NCBI RefSeq assembly: GCF_009914755.1
Contig: NC_060932.1
DNA: 64,000 nt
Origin: the human T2T-CHM13v2.0 reference genome, Homo sapiens
Direction: 5' to 3' (one strand)
The position numbers were made by a program, and so were the translations under genes. The notes beneath the pieces are model-generated. The model worked only from the letters and a program-made list of their open reading frames with translations, was not told the DNA's origin and did no database searches. This document shows positions 1 to 14,745 of the stretch, piece by piece (the stretch's first letter is position 1; every line of letters starts with the position of its first letter).

Positions 1-750
1 ATCACTTGATCAAGGTGCCAGGCTTCTCCACTGTAAAGTTAGTCTTTTTACCCTTGTAATTAATAAGTATTTTTGTGAAGAGATACTTCAGGACTATCTT
101 CTTCCTTGTTCAATTTTTACTCCCCTACTATTCGGCACTCATTAATGGTTCTTGCCTGAATTATTTTTTACTATGACAATTGCCAAATGGTGGTTTTCTA
201 ATTCATGATTTCTTCTATGTCTATTAGTTGGCATTCTATTGCAAGAAAGAAATTTCTATTTTTCCCATTTATTTATTCATTTATGTATTTTTATTTATGT
301 CAGGTTATAGATTCTTAATTTATCTAATGACATATCATCCATTATTATTCTTATTTATTTTGATACTCAAATTGTCTTAGATTTGGCCAGTAGGAGTCCC
401 TTCAAGCTGGATCCTGTAGATCCCCATCATTCTTTGAGCATTTTGGGCATTTTATAACACAACAAGGTATTCTAGACTCATTTTACACTTTCCCTAACCA
501 GCCCTGGAATTACTCATTTTTCTAAGGAGTCCTTTTTTATTTAATGGAGAAAGTTATTTAGAAACCAAGATCTAGGTGCTAGATGTGTTCGTGATTAGTT
601 GGGTATCATGGCTTCCAGGCTCTCTCAGCATCTAATTCAATACCACATGGTTCATGCTAGCATTCCCTTTTTCTTCTGCATTTGTAACTCCCTTCTGTGA
701 CAATGAGAAGCCTGGCTCCCATTATCCTTCAATATATACTTACTTGTTCA
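1..750 (-). mobile_element. Old L1 3' region (L1MC4/5-like), antisense
   Basis: Motifs such as ccagccctggaat...tttctaaggag and ttatttagaaaccaagatctagg resemble the reverse-strand L1MC 3' UTR as recalled. Confidence 0.65.
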
Positions 751-1084
751 CCAGCCACCCCCTCCAATATCTATCTACTCTCCAAGCCTGCTGGGCTGAC
801 ATCTCACTTGGCTGCTTTTCTCACTTGGGTTCTCATCCCCCATGGGGCCACCTTCCTCATTCAGGCTTGCCAAATGGATTTTTGACTAAATTATTCAGGA
901 AGGAAGGAAGAAGGGAAGCCAAAGAAATATGAATGTATGTTTTTATTAATGTCCATTTTAGGTCTGGCTATGGGGGGATGGGCATGTTCATAAATAGTAG
1001 AAGTATATATTTGTATTCTGTTTCTGTCTTAAATATGATGCTCTACTTTTATATATCCAATATGGTTGATCACACACACACACT

Positions 1085-1500
1085 CCTGCTCTTTGACCTA
1101 GAACTTTCACTTCCAAGAAATTATCCTAAATAAATAGATAATTGCACAAATAACAATTGTATATTTGTACAATTATCAATATTTGTTGTAACATATATAA
1201 TAGAAAAAGCTGAAAATATAAATATCCAATAAGTTATGGTTTATCAACCTAGTGTGTCAATAAATTGTGTAGATTCACACTTTTTGTCATAGAAAAGGTC
1301 AACAGTAGATTAAATGAAAAGAGTAAATGTCATGGATTCCTTTGAAATACACATGCACATATTTATAACTCTACTTATGAAGAAGTATCTCAAAGACTAT
1401 TCATCAAACAGGAGGTTATCTCTAGGTTATGGGATTTTTAGATTGTTGTGCTATTTGATTTTTTTCTTTTTGCTTACTATGAATTCAGCGGTGAATATAT
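1085..1500 (+). mobile_element. Degraded L1ME-type fragment
   Basis: ctttgacctagaactttcacttccaagaaattatcctaa resembles the L1 ORF2-end motif ctttgacccagcaattccacttctaggaatttatcct. Confidence 0.55.
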
Positions 1501-2344
1501 GTTGCATACTTTTGAAAAAAAGACCAAAAACAACATGTATGCAACATGTGTTGCATACTTTTGAAAAAAAGACCAAAAACAATGATAAGACCTTAAACTC
1601 AATAAATTGTTTTAAAAACTGGCATTGATCCCACAAACCTATATCGAATCTGCACCATCAGCATTCTACCACCCACTACTGGGTAATAATTACTAACAAT
1701 GCCCATGAGCTCACTGCATGGGATTAGAGTGAGAATTAAATAACTAATAGACATGGAAGCCATTGAAATCTGTAAGAGGCTGTAAAAAAAAAAAAGTGAC
1801 ATGCTATTAAGATTATTGCTATTACTATTAGCGTTATCATCATCATTGCCATCATTATTGGTGTTGATTTCAGTACTTTCTATTGACCTGTGTTTTCTAA
1901 ATTCAGAGGGGGAGAATGCTAGGCCTCCACGCAGCTGTTTGGAAACCAGAAGAAAAGCCTTTGAAAGGCATATTCTCTGAAGGAACTTAAAATCTAATTT
2001 AGAAAATAATCTCCCAATACTTCCACATCATGCAACAGTTAACAAGAGCCAGGCTATATCCCTGGGTGAGATGCAAGCTTGAGTCTACTCCTGCTTGTGG
2101 TCCAGTGCCAGAGAGACTCATGTGGGCTAGTGGGTAAGGAAGGTTTCACTTTGATTGTAAATTGTTAGCTGCTTTTCAAACACTGTGACTGAATTTGTCA
2201 AACTTTAAAATGGCTGACGTGCAAGTTTAGAAACCAGTTAGAAGGCTAAAAATGATGCTGAGGATAAAATCCCTTTGTAAATTTTAGATAGTCTGCCTAG
2301 TTTAACAGCTTTAAAACTCATTTTTTCCAAGATAATAATATCCC

Positions 2345-2555
2345 AAAGTTGAATATATGAAAGGGTGTGTATAGATGTCTGTCATCCTCTCTGGCTCTTG
2401 TGTCAGCATCTGGGAAGAAAAAGCACAAACCTCCCGAATATAAGTCCAACATAAGGGCAGGGATTTAGTCTGGTCCTCACTGATGTATACCAAGTGTCCA
2501 GAACAGGGCCAGGGCCCATAGTTAGGAGCTTAATAAATACTTATTGAGTAAAAAA
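2345..2555 (+). mobile_element. L2 3' end fragment
   Basis: agggcagggattt...agaacagggccagggcccatagttaggagcttaataaatacttattgag is typical of the L2 tail. Confidence 0.6.
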
Positions 2556-2950
2556 TAAGCCCTCGTTTTTCACTTTTAATATACAAAGTAGATTGATTTC
2601 TTTTTCAAACACATTGGGGCCTTATTCGCTAGTGGATCCACATTAGTGGATGTTAGTAATTAAACGTGTGCTTGGTTTGCACTAATATGAATATGATTTC
2701 CCAGGATTCGACTTTCCTGCTGGGAAGCCAGACCCCCTGTCAAATACACGAGATTGAATTGTAAGGCTTCAGTGAAACATTTGGCATCTGGCCTCTGTCT
2801 TTCAGGATTTCCAAATTCCTTAATGTGCTGACAGTTCTTCCCCCTTTAGGATGACTAATTGATGTCCAGGCTGTGTTTCTGAAACTTTCTCAGGAAAATG
2901 CACCTAAGGGTCAAAGCGGTGACAGGCCACATTAAGTTGTGAATTTTCTA

Positions 2951-3385
<435 letters not shown>

Positions 3386-4335
3386 CTAAAATAAGTCCTC
3401 TAATGGCCATCTTTTACCCTCAGGATATAATTCAAATTTCACCAGGGACCATCATAGCTGGCCTCTGCCCATCTACTAGTCTGCCCTCTTCTCACCACCT
3501 TCTACCATGGGCATTTTTTTCTCCATTGGTCAGCCCTTGGTGACTGCTTTAGTTCCTCAAATTGCCTTTCCCCACCCATACCATCACAATCTCTTCACAC
3601 TCAACCTTCACTTTGCTGTTTCCTCTGCACCAAACACTGATCCAACTCTTCTTCTTAGGCCAACTTTTACTGATGTCAGGATTTTTTCCCTTTACCCATC
3701 CCTGTAGAAGAGGAAAGATAGCCCTGCCATGGGCTCGTCTGTTTCAGGTAAATTGCACTGTATGACATTGCTATTGCTTATTGAGTTATCTCTCTTCTTC
3801 ACAGGCTCTATGATGGGGAGGGTTCTTACTGAATTTTCTCTTCATTAACGCTCACTACCTTGCTCAGTGCTGGGCCTGGTAGGTTGTCTTCTTCCATATT
3901 TATTCTGTGCTTCTAAACCCTCCCCTTCTGTCCCCAAACAAGGGTTTGTACACCTGGAAATTCTAGAACACTTTGCCCCAGAAATAGATTTACTCCCTAT
4001 TTGGGATGAAAATCACATTTGGGTTGAGATTTGCCATCAGAAATAGCTTCAGTAGAAGATAATTTATCTGATTTATTTCTAGGTTAATAATATTTCTAGA
4101 GTTTAGGCATCTTAGTTCCCCCCGAAAATCTTAATGGTAGATAGTGAAGTCACCAAAATAGACAACTGAGACCTGTCACCCAGAATCATTACCTGAGAGG
4201 ATATCAGTGTGTCATCTCCATGATTGTATATTTCTATCCTCTCTGGTATTCCCCAATTGCTCCAATCAGCTGCTAGGTATATATCTATCATATACAACAC
4301 AATGCTATGCACTATAGCAAATTGTTTTTCAATTA

Positions 4336-4600
<265 letters not shown>

Positions 4601-5173
4601 TTATAAATCCAAAAATTATTTTAAAAAAACCATATTGTTTTGGGTCTGTTTACAACTCTGCTGAGGATGATTTTATCTTAGAATATGCCAAGAATGCTCA
4701 GTGATTTCATAATGACTGTAATGCTGAGATGGTATTGACAGGTTAGGAATGCGATAACTGGAGTTTCACGCAGGTATTGATTGCCTCTTAACAGGCAGTA
4801 ATGACTGCAATAAACACTGGAAAACTCAGTTGAAACAAATAGATAAATACTTTCAGAGCAGAAGATGTCTGTGACTACACTGAAGGCTAGGGTAATCTCA
4901 CATGCATCAGCCAGCTCCTGTGTCTCTGACAGCAAGGTGCCTTCAGATTGCTGGAGACTGCTTCACCTGTGCCCTGCAAAGCCCAGAAATGCCTATGAAC
5001 TTATATCACACTGACAGCAGCTTTTGACCAGTGCTGAAGGGTGCAGGAGGGTAAATACCCTCGTCCCCTAATCCTCTGGTCGGAACTACTTGGGTGTGAT
5101 CTATGCTGTCCTGAAAGTTCCCCTGTGGAATTGAGCCCAAGTTCTTCTCTGTGATACTTGACTTAATACTGAG

Positions 5174-5856
<683 letters not shown>

Positions 5857-6199
5857 CTGAGCTTTTGCTTGGGTTCCTTCTCTTCCTTTACCACATTTCC
5901 AACTCTCTATTTGTTTTCCTTGGAAATTATTCCTAATAAATTACTTCACATGCATTTTTTTTTCAGTCAGAATCGGCTTCTGAGGAATCCAATCTATGAA
6001 AACACTTTACAAAACAATTAGAAACCTGGTCCCCCCCGAAACTGATTGTTATTTCTCTACCAAGAGCATTAAACCAAGTGGGCCTTCAGTAGACCTTATA
6101 AGATTTGTACGACTGACCTGGCACATCTATAAATGCTGCTAAAGTTATTGGGAATACTCTTTTCTGTCTTCACCTTCCACTGTCATGTTCTCAGATTCA

Positions 6200-6450
6200 T
6201 CTTTCCTGACCATCACGTCTAAAATAGGCTCCAATTTCTTCTTTATTCTCCACTTTGACATTTTGTGAGTTTCCTTCAGGGTACTTGTTAGTTGTCCGTA
6301 TTTGGCATGTGTATTTGTTTCTTCCTTTGATTTTGCCTATCTTCACCACTGAACTCTAAGTCTCATTTGGTCAGGGACCTGTCTTATTTCCTGCTGTGTA
6401 ACCTGTACCCTACCCAGTGCTCAGTGACAGTTCATTGAATGAATGGAAAA
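6200..6450 (+). mobile_element. L2 fragment
   Basis: L2-tail-like cagggacctgtcttattt...ccagtgctcagtgacagttcattgaatgaat. Confidence 0.5.
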
Positions 6451-7329
6451 CACCTGTGACTCACCCACCCCCACCACATTCTGTCCTCTAAGACTGACCT
6501 TTGCTGAGGTTGCAGATGTGGTTTTGCATGTCCAGAACCTATAAGAGATTCATACAGGTTTGACAGACAGAAATTTCAGAAAATCCACCTGGCACAAATA
6601 AGGAAAATAGATGAAGCACATGTATTTATGGGGATTGTTTAGCCTGAGACACACCATCCTGCAAACAGATTGTGCTTGACAAGTCTTCATGAAAGGTGTG
6701 GGAGCTCTGAAGTCAAAGTGTTGTGGGTATTGATTTGATTCTTGGAAAACGTAAACCTTCTTTTCCCCTTGAGCCCTTCTGCATGACTGTGCTGGTGTCT
6801 ATAAATCTGATTGTCCTGAGGCAACAATTAGGCCAGAAGGGAGAGTTTTTTGTGTGTTGTACATTAACCTTTCGGGGCAGTTAAGACTTCTTCAAAGTAG
6901 TGAAGACAAGATGAGTTCTGAAATATTCAACTTATTAGAGGAGATAGAGTAGAATTTTTCAAAGGAGGTCCCACTGAATACAATTACCACACTATGTTAT
7001 TAGCCTTCCACAGAAACAAAAGTGTATGTGGGTGGCAAAATATATTTGGAAATATTCTTTAATATGTTAATATATTCTGGGTGTGGCCATGAAACTTACG
7101 TGACCATAGAATTTTTTTTGGACTATCACATGGGAAATACTGTAGTAGAGACTGTCTGAAACTGCTATTTCATCATTGGTCTTCATGTCTCTGTGTCCCC
7201 ATGCTTCTGACTTAAAGCAAATCCTCATCTTCTTCCAGGCAGAATATATCAAAGGCCCCCTCCACCATTCTCTGCTTTGCATCTTATATTCTTTCCAAAG
7301 TCAGAGCATCTGTCAGTCTGTAAACAGTC

Positions 7330-7840
7330 TGTCAACTTTCTCAACTATTGCTTCATAACAAATAATCGCAAAATTTAATGGCTTAAAACAGCAACAATCA
7401 TTTATTTAGCTCATGCATCTACAATTTGGACAGGGCTTAGCAGGGAAGGTTCATCTCTATTTCAGGCAGCTTCCACTAGGGCTGCTAGACTGAGACTGGA
7501 GGATCCACTTCCAAGATGGTGCATTCATGTAGCTGGCATTTGGAGCTGGCCGGTGGCTGAGATCTCAGCTGGGGCTGTCAGTTGGAAAAGCTGTACATGC
7601 ATGGCCTCTTCATATGGTTTCTTGGCTTCTTCTCAGCATGCTAAATGGGTACCAAGTGTGAGTATTTCAAAGATACAGGGAGTGGACTGGGCTTTGGAAC
7701 AACTCAGTTTTACTTCCATGGTATTCTGATGCTCAAGCAGCCACAGAACTCAGATTTCAGGGCAGATGACATAAACTCCACTTCTCACAGATAGAAAGTG
7801 TGACAAAGAATTTTGGCGCCATGTTTTAAAATGGCTATAG
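7330..7840 (-). mobile_element. MLT1 (F/G/H-like) MaLR LTR
   Basis: aatttaatggcttaaaacagcaac...ggatccacttccaagatgg...gccatgttttaaaatggc are antisense MLT1 motifs. Confidence 0.75.
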
Positions 7841-8149
7841 CAGCTCTGTGAATCTCTTCTTAACGTTTCTTCTGCCTATAGTGTTCCTTCATTCCCACCC
7901 CCACTTTGTCACCTGGAAAACTAGATTCTCCAAGGCCTAGATCCAAGATCACTTCCTCTAAAAATATTGTTGTCTGTGTTTTGTTAGCATGTTGTTTTTA
8001 TTGCTAGTCTCACATCAAATTAACATATCATTTTAATGTTGGTTGTCTTCTTAGAGGGCAGTATGACATCTTATTCATCCATTATTCCAGTTCCTAGCAC
8101 AAGGCTTGTACTGAATTAATTAATTGACTAATTTTTCAGACCAGCTGTT

Positions 8150-8400
8150 ATAGCAACTACTGTTTCATAAATATTTACTATTTAATAGACCCTGAAATAT
8201 ATGCTTTATAAATATTACCATATTAAATCTTCACAAATAGGAAGCTATTATTACTCCCATTACACAAAGAAGAAAACTAAGATCATAGTATATTTTCTAA
8301 TGCTGTATAGTCTCTAAATGGCAGAACTAGAATTCAAACCCAAATCTAAAGTCCATGTTCACAAAAACCTAAAGTCCATGTTCATAACCAATATGTTCTT
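8150..8400 (-). mobile_element. MIR
   Basis: Antisense MIR core: ttattactcccattacacaaagaagaaaactaag...ggcagaactagaattcaaaccca. Confidence 0.7.
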
Positions 8401-8712
8401 ATTTGAATAGCAAATTAGTTAAAACAGCCAGTTATATTTATCCAACATTGAAATAACCAAACAACTCTCTCAAATAATTGATCTGTAGACTTACTGCAGT
8501 GTATTATTAGTAGGCCTAATTTTATCGAATTCCTGCAAACCATCATCCATTGTTCTAAAAGATCCAACTATTTGAAGCACTATTACATGGAAAGAAGTGT
8601 TGGACTTGGTGTGGCTGTAGATGGCAAAATTAGAAGTAATAAGAAATTAGAAGGAAGAAGCAGATCCTGGTTCAACATAGGGGGCATTTTCTAGGGATTA
8701 AGACTAACCATA

Positions 8713-9014
<302 letters not shown>

Positions 9015-9419
9015 CTAACCATAGATGGAATGGGTTGCCAATATAAGTGGTGAGTTCTTCATCACTTCAGGCAATCAAGAAGATTTTAGATGACTGCTGG
9101 GTTGTTTTAGACAGAGAAATGGATTAGATGATATGTGTCATGGATATTTTCTGTTTTTGTTCCCTAATATTCCTTCACCCTTCTACTGGTAATTTTTATC
9201 AAAATTTTCCTCTGGGAAATACCTACTCCCTCACTCTCAGTTGATGTGTTTCAGGTGAAGTTTAGGTTGAGTTGACTCTACCCCAGCTCTGGGAGTGGTC
9301 AGATGACTTAGGCCTATCCAATTAAAGTTTTGCATATCCCTTGACACATTGATTACTTCATTATTCAATAATATATAGTCAACAATATATATTCAACAAT
9401 ATGTATTGAAGTTTTCTTT

Positions 9420-10510
9420 CAAATCATGAAGGTTTAACTGCTATGGGAAAGGTCCTCTCCTATTAACAACTAGAAAATAAGACAAAATATATAAAACAAT
9501 GGTGTTCAGACATTACATTTAGGCAGTGAAGGAAATGTGATCAGTGAGAGATGGGACTAATGAGGTGAGCTCTATCATTGGTCCAGATTACTTCTCAGAG
9601 GCAGTTTCTAGGATGCAGTATAGGAAAAGGGAACTCAAGAGAGGCTGAAAATCTTGCTCAGTTGAGAAGACTGAGGCTGGAGTTTGAGGATATCAAGTCA
9701 GCTAGGACTTGTGGGACAGGTTTATGGAGAGGAGAAACCTGTACAGAAAAAAAAATTCCAGAAATATGCATTAATGTTCCCTTGAGTCTTCAGCTGAATG
9801 CTAATTTATGCATGCATATGATGAAACCTGATAGGATGGGACACAAACAACTTTTGAGGAAAGAATTATCAGGAAGCTATAAACAAACAATTTTCAGAGC
9901 TCACACAAGATACATAATTAATTTGTCTCTAGCCAGTGTGAAGATACCTTGTTGAATACCAAGGCATTCAGTAGGGATACCAGAAGAGCCACATCTTAGA
10001 ACTGGGGTGAATTAGCCCTAGAATAAAAGCTACTCTAGACATGTCCTGAAAGAGCTTAAAAATAAGCCTCAAAAAGATTCAATTAATCCATGAATAAATT
10101 AACAGACTGCCAGAAAAAGTTCACCACTCTTTAAATGAATAAAATACAATCTAACATCCAACAACACAAAATGATAATGTTCAGAATTCAATTAAAAAGG
10201 TATATGAAGAAGCAAGAAAATGGAACCCATAACCAGGAGAAAAATCAGCCAATATGAAGTTAGTCAATGACAGAGATGATGGAATTAGAAGACAAGAATG
10301 TTAAAGCAACTGCTATAAATATATTTAATGGGCTTGGTAAGTTTAAGGAAAACAAGCATAGTGAAGTGAGAAGTGAGAAATACAAAAAGGAGCCCAAAGG
10401 ACTTACGGAGATGAAAAACACAGTATCTGAAATTTAAAAACTATACTGAATGAATTAATACAGATAGACACTGCACAACAGAAGATAACTGAACATGAAG
10501 ACATAACTGT
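9420..10510 (+). mobile_element. Old L1M 5'/ORF1-start fragment
   Basis: A-rich ORF1-like sequence (gaagcaagaaaatggaacccataaccaggagaaaaatcag; acagagatgatggaattagaagacaag). Confidence 0.65.
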
Positions 10511-10519
10511 GGAAACTCT

Positions 10520-12235
10520 AAATGGTGCTCTAATGCCCTTGCTGAGGTAGTCTCAGTAGGGTCCAGCCGTCTATACCGGGGAGCAGAAATACTAAATGAG
10601 GCAGTGCAAGTTGGGCCTAGTCAGGACTCCACTTCTCCTTCCCTCATTCCTATGTAAGTGAGACCCAGTGGGAAGCTGCATCTTCACCCCTATCTGGCAT
10701 CAGTGAAGTGGAATGAGATGGCTGAAAGGGGAGCTAATAGGTTTCTCTACTACCTCACTCCCCTCCCTTCCCCTCCTCTCTCCCCCTCTCCCCTCCCCTT
10801 CCTTCTTCTCCTCTGCTCTCGTCTGGTGTCAGCAAGGACCAACAAGAAATTGAGCTTCTACCCCTTCTCTGCAGCAAAAAAGTGGTTTGAGTCAGCCCTT
10901 TACTTCCTCTTTTCCTGATGGGCAGCAGGGCCCAGTGGAGAGCTGAGCTTACACCCCAACTTGGAGGAAACTAGGTGATGCAAGATGGTGTCCCCCATTT
11001 ATCTAGAAGGTGCCAGTGGGACCAAGGAGGGAGCTGAACTTCCACCCTACCCATCTTCAATGAGGCACTGTGAGTCAGCTCCAGAGCCCAGTAGGAAGAT
11101 GATCACTTATACACCCACAAGGCTCTTGGTCTACACCTCAGCAGCAGGACTGCTTACTAAAAAAAAAAGATTAAAAGGGATTCAGAGTCTCATAATATAC
11201 TATCCGAAATGTCTAGGATGCAATAACAAAATCACTCATCATAGCATAAATCAGGAAAAATCACAACTTGAATGAGAAAGCTAATACATACCAACATTGA
11301 GATGAATCAGTTATTGGAATTATCTGAATAGAATTTTAGAGCAGTCATCCAAAAGGCTTTAACAAGTACTTATTAATTTTCTTGAAACAAATGAAAAACT
11401 AGAAAATTGCAACAAATAAACAGAGGTTATAAAAACATAACCAAATAGAAGTTATACACATATAGTCACTAAAATAAAAAATATAAAATAAAATGTAATC
11501 ACTAAAATAAAAGACTCACTGGCCGGGCTTAATAGTAGAGTACAGATGACAGAGTGTAGAGCCTGAACTTGAAGACAGATCAATAGAATCTACCCAACAA
11601 CAGAAAAAAAGATAGATTAAAAAAAAAGTGAACAGAGCTTGTGGGACAGTAACAAAAGAGTTAAATTTGTATCATCAGAGTCTTAGAAAGAGAGGAGAGA
11701 GAGTGGAACTAAAAAAAGTATTCAACAAAATAATAGCTGAAAGCTTCTTAAATTGGGTGAAATATGTAACCTACAGATTCAAGAACCTAAAAGTACCCCA
11801 GGTAGGATTAACTCAAAGAAATCTAAGAAACAACATAGATTAACTTCCAAAAACTGAAAGAAAAACAAAACAAAACAAAAAATCTTGAAAACAGCCTGAG
11901 AGAAATGACAGATTGTTTACATTGGAAAAACCACTGGAAGAACAGAGTATGTCTCCCCCGGAACCAGGTAGGCCAGAAGGAAATAGCACAATGCTTTTGA
12001 AATATTGAAAGAAAAGAACTGTCAATTGCAAATTCTGTTGGGTGAGACTATTCTTTAGGAATGAAAGGGAAATAAAGACATTCTCAGATGAAAGAAAACT
12101 GAGAATTTGTTGCCAGCACATCTTCTTTCAAAGAATGGGTAAAGGAAGTTCTCTGAACAGAAAGGAAATTATAATAGAAGGCTTGAAACTTCAGAAAGGA
12201 AAGAAGAACACTGAAATGAAACAACTGGTTTTTAA
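10520..12235 (+). mobile_element. Second old L1M 5' UTR plus decayed ORF1
   Basis: GC-richer 5' UTR-like part followed by an ORF1 remnant; ORF 12042-12284 (LFFRNEREIKTFSDERKLR) resembles the L1 ORF1p C-terminal motif LSFKNEGEIKTFSDKQKLR. Confidence 0.8.
10755..10815. repeat. Pyrimidine-rich (CCCCT/CCTCT) low-complexity tract
   Basis: Seen directly. Confidence 0.8.
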
Positions 12236-12284
12236 AATTGCTATTCTCAATCTAATTTTTTATACACATCAAGATTTTCTCTGA

Positions 12285-12581
<297 letters not shown>

Positions 12582-13357
12582 TTATCTGAACTGTGGCCAA
12601 AACAAAAGAGAACTGGATTGGAGGTTGGAGCTGATCTGAGATTGCAGTCATCTATCAGTGCCTCAAAGTTCAAATTCTTGTGTTCTAAACAACCTCGCTC
12701 TTATCTGGGATTATTTTCTAAATGCATAGAAGTTGTACATTTTCAATTCAATTCTCAATTTTCAATCCAGACATGTGCTATTATAGAATTTTTAGCATGT
12801 TTCAAAAATATTAATGTCTTCCCATTGTGTCCCTGTGCTCACAAGTATGATATGAATTTTTGAATTTGCAGCCAGAACCACACATTTACTCTGAAAAACA
12901 TCCCAATTTCCTTTTATCTTATGTACACAGTGACAAAAGTGCATTATGTACTGTTACTAATATGAAAAATCATACTTATATGGCTTAAATTTTATTTCCA
13001 AATACCTAGCAAGAGATTGTTGCAATTTTCAAAGCAACATTCCAATTATAAAGCTATTGAGCCACTGCTGTCTTTACTGGGATTAGTCACTGGAAAGTTT
13101 GGCAAATAAATGTTGAAACAGGCATCTCAAAATGAACAGGAAAAGGGAAGCTGAAATAAACCCTGCTGATTTATTTAAAAACTGACAGACAAAATGTAGA
13201 GGATACAGTCAATACCAGAAACAAATTTATAAGACAAGCAACTTAATACATGGAATGCCAATCTCATAAACAGTGAAAAAGTGATGCATACTCCCTTTCT
13301 TCTAAAATGCTGTGAAGTGAATATGCAGTGATATGGCAAAGACTACAACTTCTAACA

Positions 13358-13568
13358 GTTTGCTGGAAAACAAGTCTCCATGGGTCTTCTGTGTTTCTGC
13401 ATGTCTTGCAAGCAGAGGCATGTATGTCTTTTATTCTGGACTATCTTTTCAAGGTTGTTTTAATAGCAAACAGCCTTGGAAGATAAAGCATCTTCTTCTG
13501 GAGCAAAGGGCAAGTCTGCTTACAGCCTTGGAAGATGGGAATAATGTCTCCCTCTGGAGCAAAGGTCA
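13358..13568 (+). mobile_element. ERV LTR fragment (LTR53-like, tentative)
   Basis: Resembles a recalled ERVL-type LTR start; internal repeat acagccttggaagat...ctggagcaaagg occurs twice. Confidence 0.5.
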
Positions 13569-14337
13569 CATTCTATTGTTATTGTCTCCTTATGTTTTCT
13601 CTTCCACTGGACTGTGAACTCCTACAAGCCAGGTTCTGCCTAATGCATCTTGGTATCTTCAATGCCTATCTCAGGGCCCTGAACAAGATAGGCCCTCAGT
13701 AAATTAATAAATGAATCTGACCAGGGAATTGTCTGGGTGACTGTCCTTATTGAGAAGGGAAGGAGTAAAGGCTGTGTCTGTGGGGCTGGTGACAGAAAGT
13801 GAGGCCTGACCCAGATTTTGGCATTGGTTGAAGCAATACCACAGCTCAGGAGTGTTCCTGAGCTCCATGTATATGGGCTACCCAAGAAGAAAACCTGTGA
13901 GGGAAGGAGGTTCCGCAGAACCAGATAACCCCAGATCGCCTTCTGCTTGTTTTCCTTTCCCAGACACCGCCTGGGAGTCCCAATCATAGACTCACTCGCA
14001 AGTTCCGCAATTCCAACGGGGAGAGTGAAACTTCTGCATGAAGATTTCAGCCCCCAGGTGTAAGCTCCCAAGAACAGGGCCTGGCACATAGTAGGCTCTT
14101 GCTGTGGATGAAAAAACTTCAGGTTTCAGAGTCATAGAGTGTTAAAATGGATGAAATTTAGAGAGATTATTTTCGACTTCTTTTTAAGCTCTCTTTCTGA
14201 GCTGACTCATTCTAGGATTGTTTCTCTGTTAAGTGGGTCAATAAAATCAAAGCCTCAGGAAAAACAGAAATTCCTCTGCCTTTCCTTCTCTTTCTTATTT
14301 TTCCCTCCTCCAAGCCAGAAAACCACACCTATCTATG

Positions 14338-14528
14338 CGTGTGCTGTTAAATGTTTAAAAACTGTGTCTCCAGAAGAAAAGAAGTGATTTGTGGTGATTG
14401 CCAATTTCTGTGGTGTAAATATTCCTGCCGTGGTCAATTTCAAGTAACCAGCATGATGTCAATGGATGTGGAGCTGGGAACAGATGTGTATGATCAGCTC
14501 TCTCAAGCCAGTATGAGCTGGCTCATGC
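14338..14528. mobile_element. MER63A-like hAT DNA transposon
   Basis: gtgctgttaaatgtttaa...ccaatttctgtggtgtaaatattcc...atttcaagtaaccagcatgatgtca matches recalled MER63A. Confidence 0.7.
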
Positions 14529-14539
14529 CAGTTATCTGG

Positions 14540-14745
14540 CTTTGAAGGCATACAAATCTGATACAGATTCTGAATCTAGCATTTACTAGCTGGGCAAATG
14601 GCTTTATCTTCACACATCACAGTTTACTTCTCTGTAAAATGAGGATAAAAGTAACAATCATATCATTGAGTTTTTGTGAAAAGTAGTCAGGCAAATGTAT
14701 GCAAAAGGCTTGTCTGATACGTCTAAGCATTCTGTGCAAGATACA
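14540..14745 (+). mobile_element. MIR
   Basis: atttactagctgggcaaatg...cagtttacttctctgtaaaatgaggataaaag. Confidence 0.7.

Noticed and set aside
12042-12284. ORF similar to L1 ORF1p
   Set aside because: A decayed retrotransposon remnant with frameshifts and stops, not a gene
13640-14089. 149-aa minus-strand ORF (likewise 18467-18886, 50980-51429 and 60036-60458)
   Set aside because: No recognisable domain; partly repeat-derived or with non-ATG starts; lengths are expected by chance
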